Part shown: positions 23,501-35,147 of the stretch, one piece after another | Layout of the letters: each line of letters opens with the position of its first letter | Numbering within the stretch: position 1 is the first letter of the stretch | Assembly (NCBI GenBank): GCA_964019335.1 | Contig: OZ025674.1 | Location: forward strand, 434,001-498,000 | DNA from: Diplonema japonicum | Taxonomy: Eukaryota > Protista > Euglenozoa: Diplonemea | Direction: 5' to 3' | DNA: 64,000 nt | Notes under the pieces: generated by a model | What the model was told of the DNA's origin: nothing | Databases searched by the model: none | Seen by the model: the letters and a program-made list of their open reading frames with translations, nothing else | Position numbers and translations under genes: made by a program

Positions 23501-25475
23501 TCTACTAGCGGTCTTGATGAGGAGTGTGGAGGAACGAACGGGAGCGGAGACTCTGTCGTATGCGGACGACGCCATACCTGTTGGCGAAACTAGCAGAAGT
23601 ACTACAAAAAGCCACGGACAGTGCATCCGCATTCTGCGACATAGTTGGCATGGAGCTCAACACGAAGAAGTCCGAAGTGTTCGCAGCAGGAGCGAAGGCA
23701 CCAGGGATAGAGGTAGCAGGAAGGCAGCTGCGGTCTACGAACAAGATCAAGATCCTGGGGGCGAGGATACGCACGGATGGTCAGACGCAGACGGACAACA
23801 CCAGGGCCAGGCCAGGGCCAGGGCGGCGGGCGACACGCTACGGAGGCTCGCGACCACTCAGCTCTCTTTCTGGCAGAAAGCGGAAGTCCTGCGAACAACG
23901 GTGCTACCCAGCTGTCTGTATGATGTTGCATTCGCGCCGCCGTCGGAAGGATACCTCAAATCGCTCACATCAACCGCGACATACGCCTTGTGGGGACCGA
24001 GGTACAGAACAAGATCACCAGCGGCGGTGCTGTCAAACCTGTTCAGCGGACACACACACGACCCAGAGGTAGCAGCGCCCTACAGAGCACTAGCAGCCAT
24101 ATACAGAACGAGACGAAAATTGGGAGAGGTGTGGGAGCGGTGCCAGAGACTTGCCAAAGGGTACCAAGACCCGACAAGAACGACACCTTTGGGCCCGATA
24201 GGCAACGCGATGAAGCGGTGGCTCCCGAAGATCAGCACAAACTGGGGGCAGTTCACCGAAATGCTAGCTGAGAACAAGGACAAATTCGCACATGTAGTGC
24301 GAGAAAAGCTAAGGTCGGGACGTGCGGAACACATACAGGACAGAAGACGCTCGATGGAGGGGTTAGACCGGGGCGCAGACCCACGCACGAACGACCTGTG
24401 GCGAGAGCTGATGAGACTCGGACCACAAGGAGCAATGGCAGCGAGAGACCTCCGGAGGATCGTGGCGGGAGGGGTTTTCTACACCCACCCAAAGGCGTGG
24501 TACCAGGACAAAATCACCAGACGGGTACCACCCCCAGAGGGCGAGCAGAGCGAAAGCGAGGACAGCTCGGAAGAGGAAGGGGACGAGACACACGAGCGTG
24601 TGAACAAGAGACCAACAACAGACGAAGTCACATGCGACGCGTGCGGTGCGGAGGAGGACGAGAGCAACATGCTGCGACACGCATTATGGGAATGCAGTGT
24701 GGCGAAGGAGGTGCAACAGAAGGAAGTACATGCAGAAGTAGTGGCCAGCAAGACGGAAATGCCAATCTGCATGCAGCTACATGGAACGCTCCCGCGTGGT
24801 CACCGAACACACCAACACCGGCTGAGGAAGACGCAATACTACCTGCTGGAAGTGGTGGCAAAACGGGACCAGCTTCTCCAGGACAAGAGAAAGCTAGAAA
24901 CGTACACGACGCACCCCTGGGAACAGATAACGGAAGGAAACGCTCATGCGCCACCTGAATGGAAGGAGCTGAGGAAGCATGTGAGCGGGAGCCTGATGAT
25001 GAAGCACGGTGAAGACATCGTCAAGTGGCTCAAAAAGCTGAAGTGGTACGATGGACCGAGGAAGACGACAGTCACCACAATGGAACTCGTACTAGACTTC
25101 GAGAACACGCTGGGCGTCGAGCCGATCACGGGGAAGAAGGGTGATCTAGACATGATACAGAAGAAAGCGCGGAGTTTCCACGGCCTCCTGGAAAGAATCC
25201 AAGAAGGGTGGGACACAGCACGCATACAGAAGAAGGTCAGAGGCAAGCGGATCTTCCCAGCGGAGAGCAAGAAGAACCACGCGCTTAGAACCATAGGTGC
25301 GAAGAAGAGTCTGGGATGGAACAGAAGGCCAGTTTTTGCATCAGAGAAAACCAAGAAGGACCTTAAGAAACTGGGCAGAAAGTGGCAAGAAGAAAGGGAG
25401 GATACTTTGAGGAAGGCAACACAGCCAAAAAAGAAAGAAAGGCCGAGGCCCCAGAAGGGAGAAAGGGGTAGATAA
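20547..25475 (+). pseudogene. OTU-APE-RT polyprotein region broken by four frameshifts (~20880-20920, ~22045, ~23574, ~23810)
   Basis: OTU GDGNCQF..WG is in one frame and IIVAYDSQHYD in the next. APE ends QQTVK and continues EIMIPREIP in another frame. After YADDA the RT continues YLLAK..GMELNTKKS in another frame, then returns. Confidence 0.8.
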
Positions 25476-25546
25476 GTAGAGACAAGGGGGACGTTCCAAA
25501 ACAGGAACCTCCTTTATCTCATCTCTTTTTTTTTTTTTTTTTTTTT

Positions 25547-25994
25547 GGGGACCAATGTTTCCAACCTCCCTGTGGTGGTTCCTGGTAATTGTGGTTTGGA
25601 GAAACACAAGCGAAAGGGAAACTCTCGTTCTAAAGCCGTACACGTGGGGAAACCTGGACGGGGGTGGAGAGCCCACCCTACGCGTGGCGCCAGTTAGCAT
25701 CGCCCTCAACGGAGAGTCCCTTATCCCATTACATCGAACAAGGAGGTGGCTTCACCAGGTCAGGCAAGTAGCCTCCCCGCGGCATCGTGCCAGTGAAGCA
25801 AGCCTCCCACAACTCTCCAGTTGGTGTTTAATTGCTTCTGTGGCCCCTCTCCCTATTTCAATTTCCAAGCTTTCTTTACCTCTCCACTTTTACTTTCTAC
25901 GGGACCACAGGGGACTTGGGAGGCTTCGGGGCGAAGTTTCACAAGGGTGGCCGCTGTGTCACATACTGCATGGCACCACTAAAATCGAGACAAC
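25547..25994 (+). repeat. SINE-like dispersed repeat, long copy
   Basis: Collinear with 61435-61662; ~60 terminal nt (gcgaagtttcacaaggg...aaaatcgagac) identical; followed by poly-T. Confidence 0.75.
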
Positions 25995-26378
25995 TTTTTT
26001 TTTAATCTTTTCATCACAGGCGTCGGGTCTCTTACGGAATCTGAGGCAGGGTGGCAAGCTTGCAACACAAGAATAGCTTTTTTTTTTTTTTTCTCCTTTT
26101 TTTTTCCTTTTAAGTTGATGAGTTTTCTCCCCTTCTTCTTCCGTGTATTTAAAAAAAGAAAAAAAAGAAGAAAAACAATACACCTAGGCAATACTAGACG
26201 CTCTACAATTCTTTGCAAACATGAATGAGCTGTGCAGCCATCTGCTTCAGTTAGCAAAGAAAAAAAAAGGGGGGGATAAAAAAAAGAAAAGCTAAAATGA
26301 ATAGCTAAAATCCCTCTCCCCCGCCAGGGTACAAATTTCTCTTATGGGTGTTCTTTTTTTTTTTTCCCCCATTTCCGA

Positions 26379-26414
<36 letters not shown>

Positions 26415-26652
26415 GAAAAAAAAAAGAAAAGTAGAATTGAAACTAAAAGAGTGTTCGCTGCACTCTTTGTCCTATTTTTATTTTTTATTTTTTTATATTT
26501 ACTTTGCTGCAAAACCATCTAACTGATTTCGCAGATTGAGATTTGGTTCCTTTTCTAGCAGTTTAGGTTTTTTTTTTTTTGTTTTTTTTTTAAATTTTAT
26601 TTTGGTGGGAAACTTTCAAAGCTTTTGTTTCCTGCTTTTTCTTTCGCCCCTT

Positions 26653-26822
26653 CCCCTAGGCATGCTGTGCAGACCACTCGTATCGTCTATTTTCAACTCT
26701 CGGGTGTCTGAGCGCATGGTCTTGTTGCAAACGGCCACGGAACGGCCGCGGATACAAAATCTGGTGAAGGGAAAAACTATAGGATCAAGTCGTACGTGGC
26801 CATTTGCACAGCATCCTAGGGG
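26653..26822. mobile_element. MITE with ATGCTGTGCA TIRs flanked by CCTAGG on both sides
   Basis: cccctagg-catgctgtgca ... tgcacagcat-cctagggg. Confidence 0.65.
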
Positions 26823-27291
26823 ACTTCAGGTGGGATTTGCCCTTATACCATCGCATTCTTTTTTCCGTTTTATTTGCCCTTTTATTCAAAAAAAAAAGAA
26901 AAGTTTTTTTTTTAATTTTTTTTTTTACGTATTTTCCTACATTTTTTTTAAGCTTTTAACAAGTTTTCTTTTTTTGGAAAGATCTTTAATCCGTACCAGT
27001 GGGGGTTCTGACAACAAATGAAGATGAAGAAAAAGAAAAAAAAGGGGGGGGGGTAATGGTTACCATTTACCTTGTTTTTTATATGATGGGCAGAAAACAC
27101 TGATTTTAAATAAATGCTGGCAGGTGTTATGCATTACAAATTATTCTTTTTTTTTTCTATTAGGTAAAAAAAAGGTTTGTAACAGTTGCACCACAACACA
27201 AAAGAATAACTCGCCTATTTTTTTTTTTTTTTGTTAAGATTTTTGTTGAAGAAAGTCCTCCCTTTTCAACCTCTTTTTTTTTTTTATTGTT

Positions 27292-27328
<37 letters not shown>

Positions 27329-28255
27329 AAAAAAAGAGAGAAAAGAAACGGAGCATACACTTAACAGAGAAACCGGCCATTTCCCCCTCCCCCGCCCCCT
27401 TTTTTTTTCCCCCCACACTTTCGGCGGCAAAAAAAGGGAGAAAGGAGGACGAAGTAGCACTCACAATACCCAAGCCATTGCAAGAATGGCCTGATTTTTT
27501 GTTTGAGATTTTTTTTTTTTTTTTTTTTTGTATTTAAGAATTTGTATCGTGTGCGCAGCAAATGCTATAGGACCGACTCTTTTCTTAACACTTCTCCCCC
27601 TTTTTTTGTTCTCTTTCGCTCTCTGGCTCGTAAGACACACCTCGTGCCTTGAGGGAAAGCGTAAAGGGAGGTGGAGGTTTCCTCCTCCCCCCCCTCCCTT
27701 CACGTTACAGCCTTGGTGATATACCCTTGGCAAGATAGGAAGCGGTGTCAAGGACATCCCTTTGTTTTTTCCGTTCTTTCTGACTTTTTTTTTTTTCTCT
27801 TTTCCGTTGTGCAATAACAACCACGATTCTTTGTTTTCCCTCCTTCTTTTTTTTTTTTCTCCTTTTTTTTTTTTTTTTTTTTTTTCCTTCCGTCCCTCTT
27901 AACCCCCCAATGCCAAAAAAAAGAAAGAAAATATTGTCTACTATGAAGAAAAACAGAAATATTTAGTAGCTCTCTAGGGGGAACGTATCTAGCAGCCCTC
28001 CCCCCCCCCCCCCCCCATTGGTGAAATTCTTTTCTTTACAGCTACTACTGTTTTGCCCGTTTTCTTTTTGTAGTATTTTCTTGCCCCCCTCCTTCCTTTT
28101 CTCTTTTTTTTTTCTCTCTCCTGTATTTTTTTTTTACCCCTCTTTTTTTTTTCTTTCTCCCCTTCTTCTTTTTTTTTTTTTAATTTGAGAACCCGACGCA
28201 CAACCCTCTCCCAAGGTAACATACCAAAATAAAAAGAAAAGGGGGGGGAAAAAAA

Positions 28256-30988
28256 ATGCCGCTGATACCCATAAAATGGGCGACCACCTTCATGACGTGT
28301 GCCTGCACGCTGCTTGCAGTGGGCATCGCGATGATTGTCTCGATACTGGCGACCGACAAGGCGTTGGACGATGTGAAGTCCAGCCAGGATGCGAACGTGG
28401 CGAACTGCTTCCAGTCAGGTGAGACAAACCTGGTGGAGATCACAGACGACAAGATCAAACTCCTCGCCGCAAAAGTTGAGCTCTCTGTGCAGACCCAGCT
28501 CAACGAAGCACGGCTCATCAACAGGCTTGTGGAGGGTCTTGCAAAGACGGTGAACGACCCCGCAAACATCAACGAGATTCGAGTATTAGAAGCACCCCTC
28601 ATCAAAACATGGGACTCCAGTGTGATTTCTACCTTAGGCCTCATTACGGGATCTTTGTCGTTTATACTACTCGAAAATTCTCTGTCTTATGAAGTGAACA
28701 CCCACCGCACTTCTGCCTACCGGCATGAGAACTCTACAACGTACCTGGTGTATGAATCTGCTCTAGCGAGTGCCACTGTTGGAATGGTTGATCACCTGGA
28801 GGGGACATACAGCACGAACCCTTGTGATCTTAATGCGATTATGACGGATTGGACGGGTACGTATGCTTCTGGTCCCTGTGCTCTGCCGCTATTCAACCCC
28901 TGGGAGATCAAGTTTATCCAGGAAGCGCTGGTCGAGCAGCCAATGGGCACGTCGCAGTGGACGGAGATCGTCTCCTTCTCTTCGTACGTCGGGGTCCTCA
29001 TCATCACCCGTGCCACACGTGATGCTGCGGTCGTCTCCAACAACCTGCTCAGTGTCGTCGGGTTCGACGTGCGCACCATCACCACGTACCTCCGCAAGAT
29101 CGTCTCTCCCTCTGGCAACGAACGGTTCTTCCTTGTCGTTGGCGGCAGCGGCACGCAGTCCGGCCTCCTTGTTGGTGTCTCGCACGGGTCGTGGGACACA
29201 GACGAGTACGGCAGCGACCCAGTCTTCCCCTCACGCAAGATTAATCTGAAGACGTCCAGGCACTGCACCAACTCGACCGACAGTGTGATCCAAGGCGTGT
29301 CGCAGTGGCTTTACGCACAGGTACCCATTGGGGAGGACCCCTTCGTTGTGCAGGAGGCAAAACAGCAGAACGAGTCGCATGTTGTATCTGTTAATGGAGA
29401 GGAGCATTATCTGCGGTTGGCCGAGCTGAAGGATGAGTACGGTCTTGAGTGGTGGGTTGCTGTGGTTGTGAAGAAGACATCTGTGATTGGTGCGACACGC
29501 GAGAGGAGGAACACAGCTGTGGCAGCGATCGCGACGTCGAACAGCAAAGTGGACAGCGACATGTCAGACAACAGGGTGGTGCTGATCTGTGTGGTGTGTG
29601 GGTTGACATTGGTGCTCATGCTTGTCACTGCTGTGGTCACCACGAACCTCACGAAGCCACTAGGTGTGCTGAGTTGCGAGATGTGGGACGTGGCAGAGCT
29701 GCGGCTGGACGACGTTGATGAGAAGGCGAACACCTCCTTCCTGCTGGAGGTGAACAGCATGCAGCGCTCTTTTTTGATAATGTTGGGTGCTCTTCGTGAG
29801 TACAGGCAGTTCATGCCTCAGGCAGTGGCCGACATCGACGCCTCGGACCCAGACCTGCAGGACAGCGTGTCCACTCAACCCAGCACTTCGGACGGGACAA
29901 GCCACATGCAGAGCTCCCATACAGACTCGGTGCGGCCGAAGGGCAAGCATTTCCATAGCGCCTTGGCCTTGGCCATGACACGCAAGAAGGCAGTGACTAT
30001 GGTGGCTGTCGAGAACCCTGACTTCGAGCGATTTGTGTACGAGAGGAGGGGGGACGGTTCCTCCATCGTGGAGTACCACTCGCAGTGGCTGCAGAGGTGC
30101 ATCTCTGACGTGAAGCAACTGCGCGGCACCGTGGAGCGCTTCATAGGCGACCACATCGACATCAACTTCGGCGGCACAGTCCCTTGCCCCACCCCGAGCA
30201 TGAAGGCAGCTGAGTACGCCCTGCTCCTACGAGAGAGCATGGCAACCTTCACAGGCGGGAAAACATCGTTCCAACAGTCGGATCTTATAATGCTTGTCGG
30301 GATGTCGACTGGGGTGTGCTACGCGGGTAACTTGGGGTGCTTTGGGATGAAGGCACCAGCGACACTGGGGAGGGCCTTCATGATGGCGAAGGACATGCTG
30401 TTCGTGGCAAGGGATGTCGGGGTGGACATCGTGATGGACGCGAAGTGTGCCGACGAGCTGAAGGGGATGTTCACAACAACAGTGGTGGAGATCTTGAAAG
30501 AAGAAGACAGAGGGAAGACGCTCTGCTCTTACCTGAACGGTCTGAAGAAGGACGTTGGCGGGGAATGGATGTACACGATGAGGGATGAGAGTGAGGTACA
30601 GTTCGATGCTGCATGGACGTACGTCCTTGGTGGGGAGGTGGAGAAGGGCTTAAACGAGCTGCGGAAGATCACACCCCCGAACGCTGTCCTGAACCTCGTG
30701 ATAGGCAGGATGGCTGCCTTCTGCGAAGCAGTGGAGAAGGCAACTGGGAAGCCCCCCACCGACTACTACCGCTGCATTGCACAGAGGGCCGTCAATGGTG
30801 TCCTCGCTGAGCAGTACCTCCCGGCACCGAGGCTTGTCATGCCCATCAAACCGCGGGTGCAGTCTCCCCTGTCCCCTCTGTCAGGCATGCTCTCCCCACG
30901 CACACGCTCCCCTCTGTCTGGGATCATGTCACATAGAACAAGGTCACCAATGTCCACATCTGGAGTATCTGATGTGGTGTCCATGTAG
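28256..30988 (+). CDS. Receptor-type class III nucleotide cyclase-like protein, copy 1 (TM, Cache-like sensor, TM, HAMP, degenerate cyclase)
   Basis: Two hydrophobic helices; HAMP TKPL..L..EM..VA..EV..MQRSF; GTVERFIGD, VGMSTG..YAGNLG, EWMY. Confidence 0.88.
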   Translation: MPLIPIKWATTFMTCACTLLAVGIAMIVSILATDKALDDVKSSQDANVANCFQSGETNLVEITDDKIKLLAAKVELSVQTQLNEARLINRLVEGLAKTVNDPANINEIRVLEAPLIKTWDSSVISTLGLITGSLSFILLENSLSYEVNTHRTSAYRHENSTTYLVYESALASATVGMVDHLEGTYSTNPCDLNAIMTDWTGTYASGPCALPLFNPWEIKFIQEALVEQPMGTSQWTEIVSFSSYVGVLIITRATRDAAVVSNNLLSVVGFDVRTITTYLRKIVSPSGNERFFLVVGGSGTQSGLLVGVSHGSWDTDEYGSDPVFPSRKINLKTSRHCTNSTDSVIQGVSQWLYAQVPIGEDPFVVQEAKQQNESHVVSVNGEEHYLRLAELKDEYGLEWWVAVVVKKTSVIGATRERRNTAVAAIATSNSKVDSDMSDNRVVLICVVCGLTLVLMLVTAVVTTNLTKPLGVLSCEMWDVAELRLDDVDEKANTSFLLEVNSMQRSFLIMLGALREYRQFMPQAVADIDASDPDLQDSVSTQPSTSDGTSHMQSSHTDSVRPKGKHFHSALALAMTRKKAVTMVAVENPDFERFVYERRGDGSSIVEYHSQWLQRCISDVKQLRGTVERFIGDHIDINFGGTVPCPTPSMKAAEYALLLRESMATFTGGKTSFQQSDLIMLVGMSTGVCYAGNLGCFGMKAPATLGRAFMMAKDMLFVARDVGVDIVMDAKCADELKGMFTTTVVEILKEEDRGKTLCSYLNGLKKDVGGEWMYTMRDESEVQFDAAWTYVLGGEVEKGLNELRKITPPNAVLNLVIGRMAAFCEAVEKATGKPPTDYYRCIAQRAVNGVLAEQYLPAPRLVMPIKPRVQSPLSPLSGMLSPRTRSPLSGIMSHRTRSPMSTSGVSDVVSM

Positions 30989-31286
30989 TGGTTACTTTAT
31001 TTGTGAGCGTATGTTTATTCTATTGCAACAGATCATTCTTTTGTTTTCGTTATTTAAGTCACGGGGGAGGATTGGTTTATTTATTAAGCTATAAATTTAT
31101 TCTTTTCTTTTTTGGCCTGCTAGCCAGACAGAATCTTACTGACCTGTCTCTCTCCTCTCCCCCTCCCTGCTATTCGGAAGTTGTTTTGGGGAAACAGTGG
31201 AAGAAAAAAAAAAAAAAAAAAAAAAAGAGGGGGTTTGTGTTCAAACAAGCAGTAGTTTCCCTCTTTATTTTTTTTCCCTCCTTTAA

Positions 31287-32276
31287 CCCTTATCAGCCCA
31301 GGGGGAGTTGAATTGATTTTTGGATTTTCCCGATTTTGGTCCCTTGTTGGCATGGGTCGGACTGCTGAAGTCTTGAGGTTATGTTTTGGTTCGGGTACGC
31401 ATTTGAAAGATATTTGAAATCTGCGTTCATTCCATTAAAGATATTGTGATCTCGATCAATAAGAAGCCAATGTTCGGGGGTCATGAGTAGGTGGCCCCAC
31501 AACAGTGATTTCAGCCTTACCAGCACTCAGAAATCTTCCCATTCAGGCTTGTCCTGTGGCTATTCTGCCGCTGTCCTTGCACATCTGCCTCAAAACAAAG
31601 ATCTTGAAAATCTGCGTTCATTCCACCAAATGTTTAATGTTTCGAGCCATGGAGGTGCATTGATCGGATGTCGCAAAACCTTGCCCAAACCTTCGCCCAC
31701 AGGTAAGGTAGATAGGTGCACATCTCCTCTGTCCGACCAAGCAAGGTAGACCAGGCCAGCGTTGTTCTGATACGTCACGCTACCTGCTTCCATGGCACGT
31801 ACATTGGGCAGACCCCGTCTATTTTTGCAAATCGCTCCACAGCAGTGTATTCCCACGCCCTTCAATTCGTCGGAGATTCACCTGACTCCTCGTCAGATAC
31901 GGGTGCCTAGTCACCGGCAAACAGGTCTAAAAAGCCTAAATGAGGCTGGGGGCTGTCCCCAAAACGTTCGTTGTGTGCTGGCTTGTTGATTTTGATAAGG
32001 ACCTGCGAGTGACTCAAAAAGAAATTCATAGGGAAAAATTCTAGAGAAAATCAGGAAAATACCCATATTTTGGGTGTCACCCAGTGTCTCGGTACCCCGT
32101 TCTGGGTTGAAGCTATGAAGTTTCAGATGGATACAAATAGCGCATTTAACGCAGATTTTCCAAATCTTTCCATTCCATTTTTTTTTCATGGAAACCGGTC
32201 CAAGACTCAGGTTTGGATGGACAGGGAACAACACCCCCATTAACGACTCATATATGAGTCGTTGGGCGGATAAGGG
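31287..32276. mobile_element. Non-autonomous piggyBac-type element (990 bp)
   Basis: TTAA on both sides (31283-31286, 32277-32280). TIRs CCCTTATCAGCCCA / TGGGCGGATAAGGG match 13/14. Subterminal perfect palindrome AACGACTCATATATGAGTCGTT. No long ORF. Confidence 0.88.
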
Positions 32277-32614
32277 TTAACGTCAAAAAAAAAAAAGAAA
32301 AGAGTTCATTAAGACCGTGATTTGTCTCGAGCTTCCTGTTGGAGGGCATGGGAGCACTATTTCTCGCTCTTTAATGAATTCTTCTGTCACTTTCCCCTAC
32401 CAAATCAAAAAGAAAAAAGAAAAGAAAAGAAAATGAAGAGAAAGAAAAAAAAAAGAATGTGAACTTACCGCTGTTCTTCTTGTCTATACCCTGCTCATTA
32501 AAGAAATGGGTTACCAAAGCGAGAGTATCGAAAAAAATCCCTGACAGAGTTGGTAGGTGTAACATACAGTTCCTTGGGGCTGAATAATGCTTTTTTTTTT
32601 TTTCCCCTCAGAAA

Positions 32615-32790
32615 TTCTGAAAATCTATAAGAAAATTATTTTTCTCGAGCATGTGCACACCTCTTAACGAAACCCCTTCGCCGCGCCTAGTCTCCTCAGA
32701 TCCGACTTCTTTGGAGGCACGTGAGAAGTAGGAAGCGTGTGTTTCTGGTGTAATCTTTGTAAAGAAATAATTTTTCTTATAGAGATTTGT
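32615..32790. repeat. Probable MITE (imperfect inverted repeats)
   Basis: aaatctataagaaaattatttt versus aaataatttttcttatagagattt; boundaries approximate. Confidence 0.45.
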
Positions 32791-33587
32791 GAATAATAAA
32801 CAGCGTTTAGCTCTTAGGCTGTAATAAAGTCAAAAAAAGATTTTTTTTTAATTTTTTTTTTTCGGGAGCCTGGCTTTGCAACCATTCCCCTCCCCGAACT
32901 GTGCTCCGCCGTGTTGCTTTTTAAGACGATTATTAATAGTATCTAAATCTCCCCCCCCCCCCCCCTCTTCATACTTTGAGGGGGGATGCTTTTCTTTGTT
33001 TTTTTCTATCTGTTCCCTTTTGTTTTGTTAATTCCTTTAGTATTTTTTTTCTTACAACGGCTAAAAAAAAAAAAAGAAAAAAAAAAGAATTAAGACGAAT
33101 GACAATTAAAAAAAAAAATGGAAAAGTATATACTTTTCTGATCTGGTGGTCCTCGGGCACCTATATTTTAGCCCTTCTCCTATCCCCCCCCTTTTTTTTA
33201 GATACTATGTCTATTTTGCTCCTGTTTTTTTATTTTACTTTGTTGAGAAGAAAAGGGATAGAGGCGATGTTCGCTTCTTCCTTTTTATCCCCCTCCCTTT
33301 TTTTTTTCTTGAGAATTTAGATCATGAGCCTCTTTTTTCTTTCATTTTCTTTTTTGAAACGTCTAATTTTAATCTATGGTTTTTGACCATTGTATAGGCT
33401 AGACTCACCGCCCCCCTCCTTTTCCCCCCTCTCGATTGTAGAAACAAAAGTCTTTCCTGTAACCGCAGCAAAAGAAAAAAATAAAAACGAGTAGCAGATA
33501 AGCTTTACAGAATCATGTTTTATTTTTATCTGTAAACATGCCTTCGGGGCGTGAAGCGACAAGGATAGTCTAAATGGGGTATGTGCG

Positions 33588-33619
<32 letters not shown>

Positions 33620-33752
33620 TTTTGTTTTGTTCTGTCAGTCAGCTTGGTAAGGGAAGGATGCCAAATATTTTGTTTTTTTCTTTGCTGGCTCTCGTTTTTT
33701 TTTTTTGTTTATTTAATTCTGTAAAGTTACATGAGGAAATTCCTAAAGAGCC

Positions 33753-34641
33753 ATAAAATCACTTTATCGTTCACGAGTAAAAATAAAGTGAAGAATAAAA
33801 ATAAAGTAATAGCCGAATTTGGCTTAAAAAAGTGCCGTAAAAATAAAGTAAAATCTGATTTTTACTCTGAGCAATTTTCGGGCTTTTTCGGCATTCGTCT
33901 TCATTTTTTGCATCTGGTGGCCGCTGACACCGCCGTAGGTCAGTGGTCAGGATCCTCGGCCACTGTTTCAGGGGTCGAGGGTTCAAGCCCCGAGGGACCG
34001 TTTTTGACCCCGATTTTATCGAAAAAAGTTCAGGGTCCAGGATTTGATGGCGTCTCCAGGAGACGAGTGCGACGACATAACCACCGAGCTACAGCATGTT
34101 GCGCTTTTACAAACGTCGCTCGACACATACATAATCGCCTCGCAAAATATGACGAAACCCAACCAACCCAAACCACAGTCAGGCAAAAGAGGCATAAACA
34201 CCGCCGTTGCACAATACCTTGTCGATGAAGGAACCTGCTGTTTTGGCTGGAAGTCAGACCTGATCAAGCCCCCGCGCAAAACCAGCAGTTTCTGAAGAGC
34301 GATGATCAAGTGCCGACACAAATTACACAAAACCTACAGAATTCTGTCAATATGACATCCTCTTCTCAGGCAATCAGGCTTAGTTTTGACATCAGTGTGA
34401 ACATTTCGCAGAAGTGAACATAAAGGGTTCACAGTGTCCGAAATTTCCCATTTAACTTTACAAAAATTAAATAAAATATCATATTAAATAAAAATCAGCC
34501 AGATTTTTACTCGGAATTTTTTTTTTCACTCGTTTTTTTTGAATTTCACTTCGCTTCGCTCGTGAAATTCAACTACTCGTGAAAAAAAAAAAAGTTCCTT
34601 CGTAAAAATCAGGTAATCTGATTTTTTATTTAATAAAATAG
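33753..34641 (+). mobile_element. Crypton-like dispersed repeat, copy 1
   Basis: AAAATC/TTCAC/GTGAA-rich ends; 3' TCGCTTCGCTCGTGAA hairpin and ATTTAATAAAATAG terminus shared with 40599-41083. Superfamily is inferred. Confidence 0.55.
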
Positions 34642-34978
34642 TCATTTTTTTTGTGACGGTGTAATTACGTTTCTTGAGGAGGAAAAAAAAAAAAAGAAAA
34701 TCGAAAAAAAAAAAACTCTGTATTTTTCACACGAAAAAATATCAATAAGTCGAGTGGCCAAGAAAGATAATGGGGGTGGGAAGGGGATGGATCATCCTCC
34801 CAGGCATGTGTTACCTCGATTTATGCCCCGTCACTAATGCGAAATATAGGAGGAAAAAAAGAAGAAACATCAAACACGAGCATCCAAGAGGTGCTTATAT
34901 TTTCCTTTTTTTTTTTTTTTTTCATCAGGCGTCCTGCCACACACCGCAGGTACCCTTAAATGTCTCTTTTTTTTTTTT

Positions 34979-35147
34979 GGAGCAACGGCGAAACCACGGC
35001 CTAAGGACCATAGGGGGGAGAAAGGTCTTGCACGTCTCGGAACAGACGAAGAAGGACATCTAGCAACTGAGACAGCAGGTGAGCGCCATGAGGGAGAGGA
35101 CGTTCCAGATCAGGGATTTCCTTTTACCTCAATACTTTTTTTTTTTT
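34979..35147 (+). mobile_element. 5'-truncated, internally deleted relative of the LINE at 18.8-25.5 kb, between two T12 runs
   Basis: Encodes RNHGLRTIGGRK..SEQTKKDI versus KNHALRTIGAKK..SEKTKKDL; same 3' hairpin; T12 at 34967-34978 and 35136-35147. Confidence 0.85.

Larger units (their letters stand above)
18848..25546 (+). mobile_element. Near full-length APE-type non-LTR retrotransposon (ORF1-like, OTU, APE, RT, C-terminal Zn knuckle), ending in a hairpin plus T21
   Basis: APE motifs ANV..L, LQET, GDLN, RIDY, DH. RT motifs HRPITV, QHGFR, LDFAKCFD, GILQGCPIS, YADD. CDAC..H...EC knuckle. Purine-rich sense strand. 5' boundary uncertain (may extend to ~18685). Confidence 0.92.

Noticed and set aside
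25930-25990. Minus-strand GTGGTGCCA and CAGCGGCCACC segments reminiscent of the ingi/L1Tc 5' HDV-like ribozyme signature
   Set aside because: The segments are in the wrong order for the double pseudoknot; only a simple hairpin can be built by eye.
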